From contig JAUWZY010000001.1 of assembly GCA_030615045.1 (NCBI GenBank), positions 1-34,729 on the forward strand: DNA of 34,729 bases. Reading direction: 5' to 3'. Shown here piece after piece: positions 34,266-34,729 of this stretch. The position numbers and the translations under genes are program-made. The DNA comes from Chloroflexota bacterium (lineage in GTDB: Bacteria; Chloroflexota; Dehalococcoidia; SZUA-161; JAUWZY01). Each line of letters begins with the position of its first letter. Position 1 is the stretch's first letter. A model generated the notes under the pieces. It worked only from the letters and a program-made list of their open reading frames with translations. It had not been told where the DNA came from and did no database searches.

Positions 34266-34294
34266 ATTATAACTTTCTCGCCCTCACTTGTAAA
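34266..34294 (-). promoter_or_regulatory. candidate promoter for recF
   Basis: The minus sense reads TTTACA (34294-34289), a 17-nt spacer, then TATAAT (34271-34266). Confidence 0.5.
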
Positions 34295-34300
34295 AGGGTA

Positions 34301-34328
34301 TTGACAGACGGGATGGCATGCGTTATAC
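34301..34328 (+). promoter_or_regulatory. candidate promoter for the Fur-family gene
   Basis: TTGACA (34301-34306), a 16-nt spacer, then TATACT (34323-34328). Confidence 0.55.
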
Positions 34329-34361
34329 TCTTATTGCAAATGAAAACCATTTTCAATAAGA
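34327..34361. promoter_or_regulatory. AT-rich 15-5-15 palindrome, candidate Fur-family operator
   Basis: CTCTTATTGCAAATG-AAAAC-CATTTTCAATAAGAG has 14 of 15 arm positions complementary. It overlaps the -10 element and the predicted transcription start. Confidence 0.45.
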
Positions 34362-34405
34362 GCGGATTGGAGCAAGCGGCAAATCAAGAGGGTATCGGGG
34401 AGCGG

Positions 34406-34729
34406 ATGACGTGGCAGCGAAGGCTCCTTTTAGAACTCATCTCCCAAGCTGGAGGGCATCTGGATGCCGATGAACTCTTCCGCCGGGCTAAGGAGCGTGA
34501 GCCCAGGATAAGCCTGTCCACGGTATATCGCAACCTGCGGCTGTTTAAGAAGCTTGGCTTAGTAGAGGAACGCCACCTCAGCGAAAACCATCACCACTAT
34601 GAGGTCAAAAGCCCTACTGAACACTACCACCTGGTCTGCCTTGGCTGTGGTCAGGTTATCGAGTTTAAGAGCCCGCTGTTGCGGCGGATAAAGAACCAGA
34701 TAAGGAGGGACAATCAATTTGAGGTCACC
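34406..34729 (+). CDS. Fur-family metalloregulator (3' end runs off the window)
   Basis: The translation is MTWQRRLLLELISQAGGHLDADELFRRAKEREPRISLSTVYRNLRLFKKLGLVEERHLSENHHHYEVKSPTEHYHLVCLGCGQVIEF... It shows the Fur wHTH (STVYRNL), a His-rich metal site and a CxxC. An in-frame TTG at 34367 is a possible earlier start. The gene is absent from the ORF track because no stop lies in the window. Confidence 0.85.
   Translation, partial: MTWQRRLLLELISQAGGHLDADELFRRAKEREPRISLSTVYRNLRLFKKLGLVEERHLSENHHHYEVKSPTEHYHLVCLGCGQVIEFKSPLLRRIKNQIRRDNQFEVT

Noticed and set aside
1-34729. CRISPR arrays, IS elements, integrases, rRNA genes or prophage blocks.
   Set aside because: I saw no regularly spaced repeats, no transposase- or integrase-like ORFs and no rRNA signatures. 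The only compositional island is the 12.2-14.5 kb segment.

Overview
This is a bacterial chromosomal window of mid-50s % GC by eye, and almost every long ORF fits a gene model. Taxonomy cannot be fixed from the sequence. An NrpR-like regulator, an archaeal-type GltS-like gene and rpoBC without rplJL upstream would fit a deep-branching anaerobe such as Chloroflexota.

Gene content, left to right:
- An HI0933-like flavoprotein (partial) and a PflX-like radical SAM gene.
- A c-di-GMP signalling neighbourhood (2.7-7.7 kb). It contains two GEMM-I (c-di-GMP-I) riboswitch aptamers on the minus strand, each with its own promoter and a terminator-type expression platform. One precedes a membrane PIN/TRAM (YacL-like) gene. 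The other precedes a sensor-less histidine kinase, a CheY-like receiver and an OmpR-type regulator. Between them lies a GAF-GGDEF cyclase gene interrupted by an in-frame TAG.
- A CoA-binding protein gene.
- hisF, an NrpR-like regulator, a GltS-domain-2-like FMN protein and a ferredoxin.
- A lower-GC accessory insert of about 2.2 kb. It carries a translationally coupled ABC/SMC-like ATPase and a small Toprim-like (DUF4276-like) protein. This is a split OLD/PARIS-like candidate defence pair, and I consider it the best candidate for an uncharacterised system.
- A zinc-ribbon gene, a DUF503 gene and an MrfA-type DEAH helicase gene (with DUF1998).
- valS, rpoC, rpoB, acpP and nusB.
- A radical SAM gene, a FabD fused to an MTH938-like domain, rpmF and yceD.
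- dnaJ, recF and a partial Fur-family gene.

recF has no canonical start codon upstream of the region encoding its Walker A motif. The Fur-family gene has a palindromic operator at its promoter.

I saw no rRNA, no convincing tRNA, no CRISPR array and no transposase or integrase. All calls come from reading the sequence and recalling family motifs; no database search was run.
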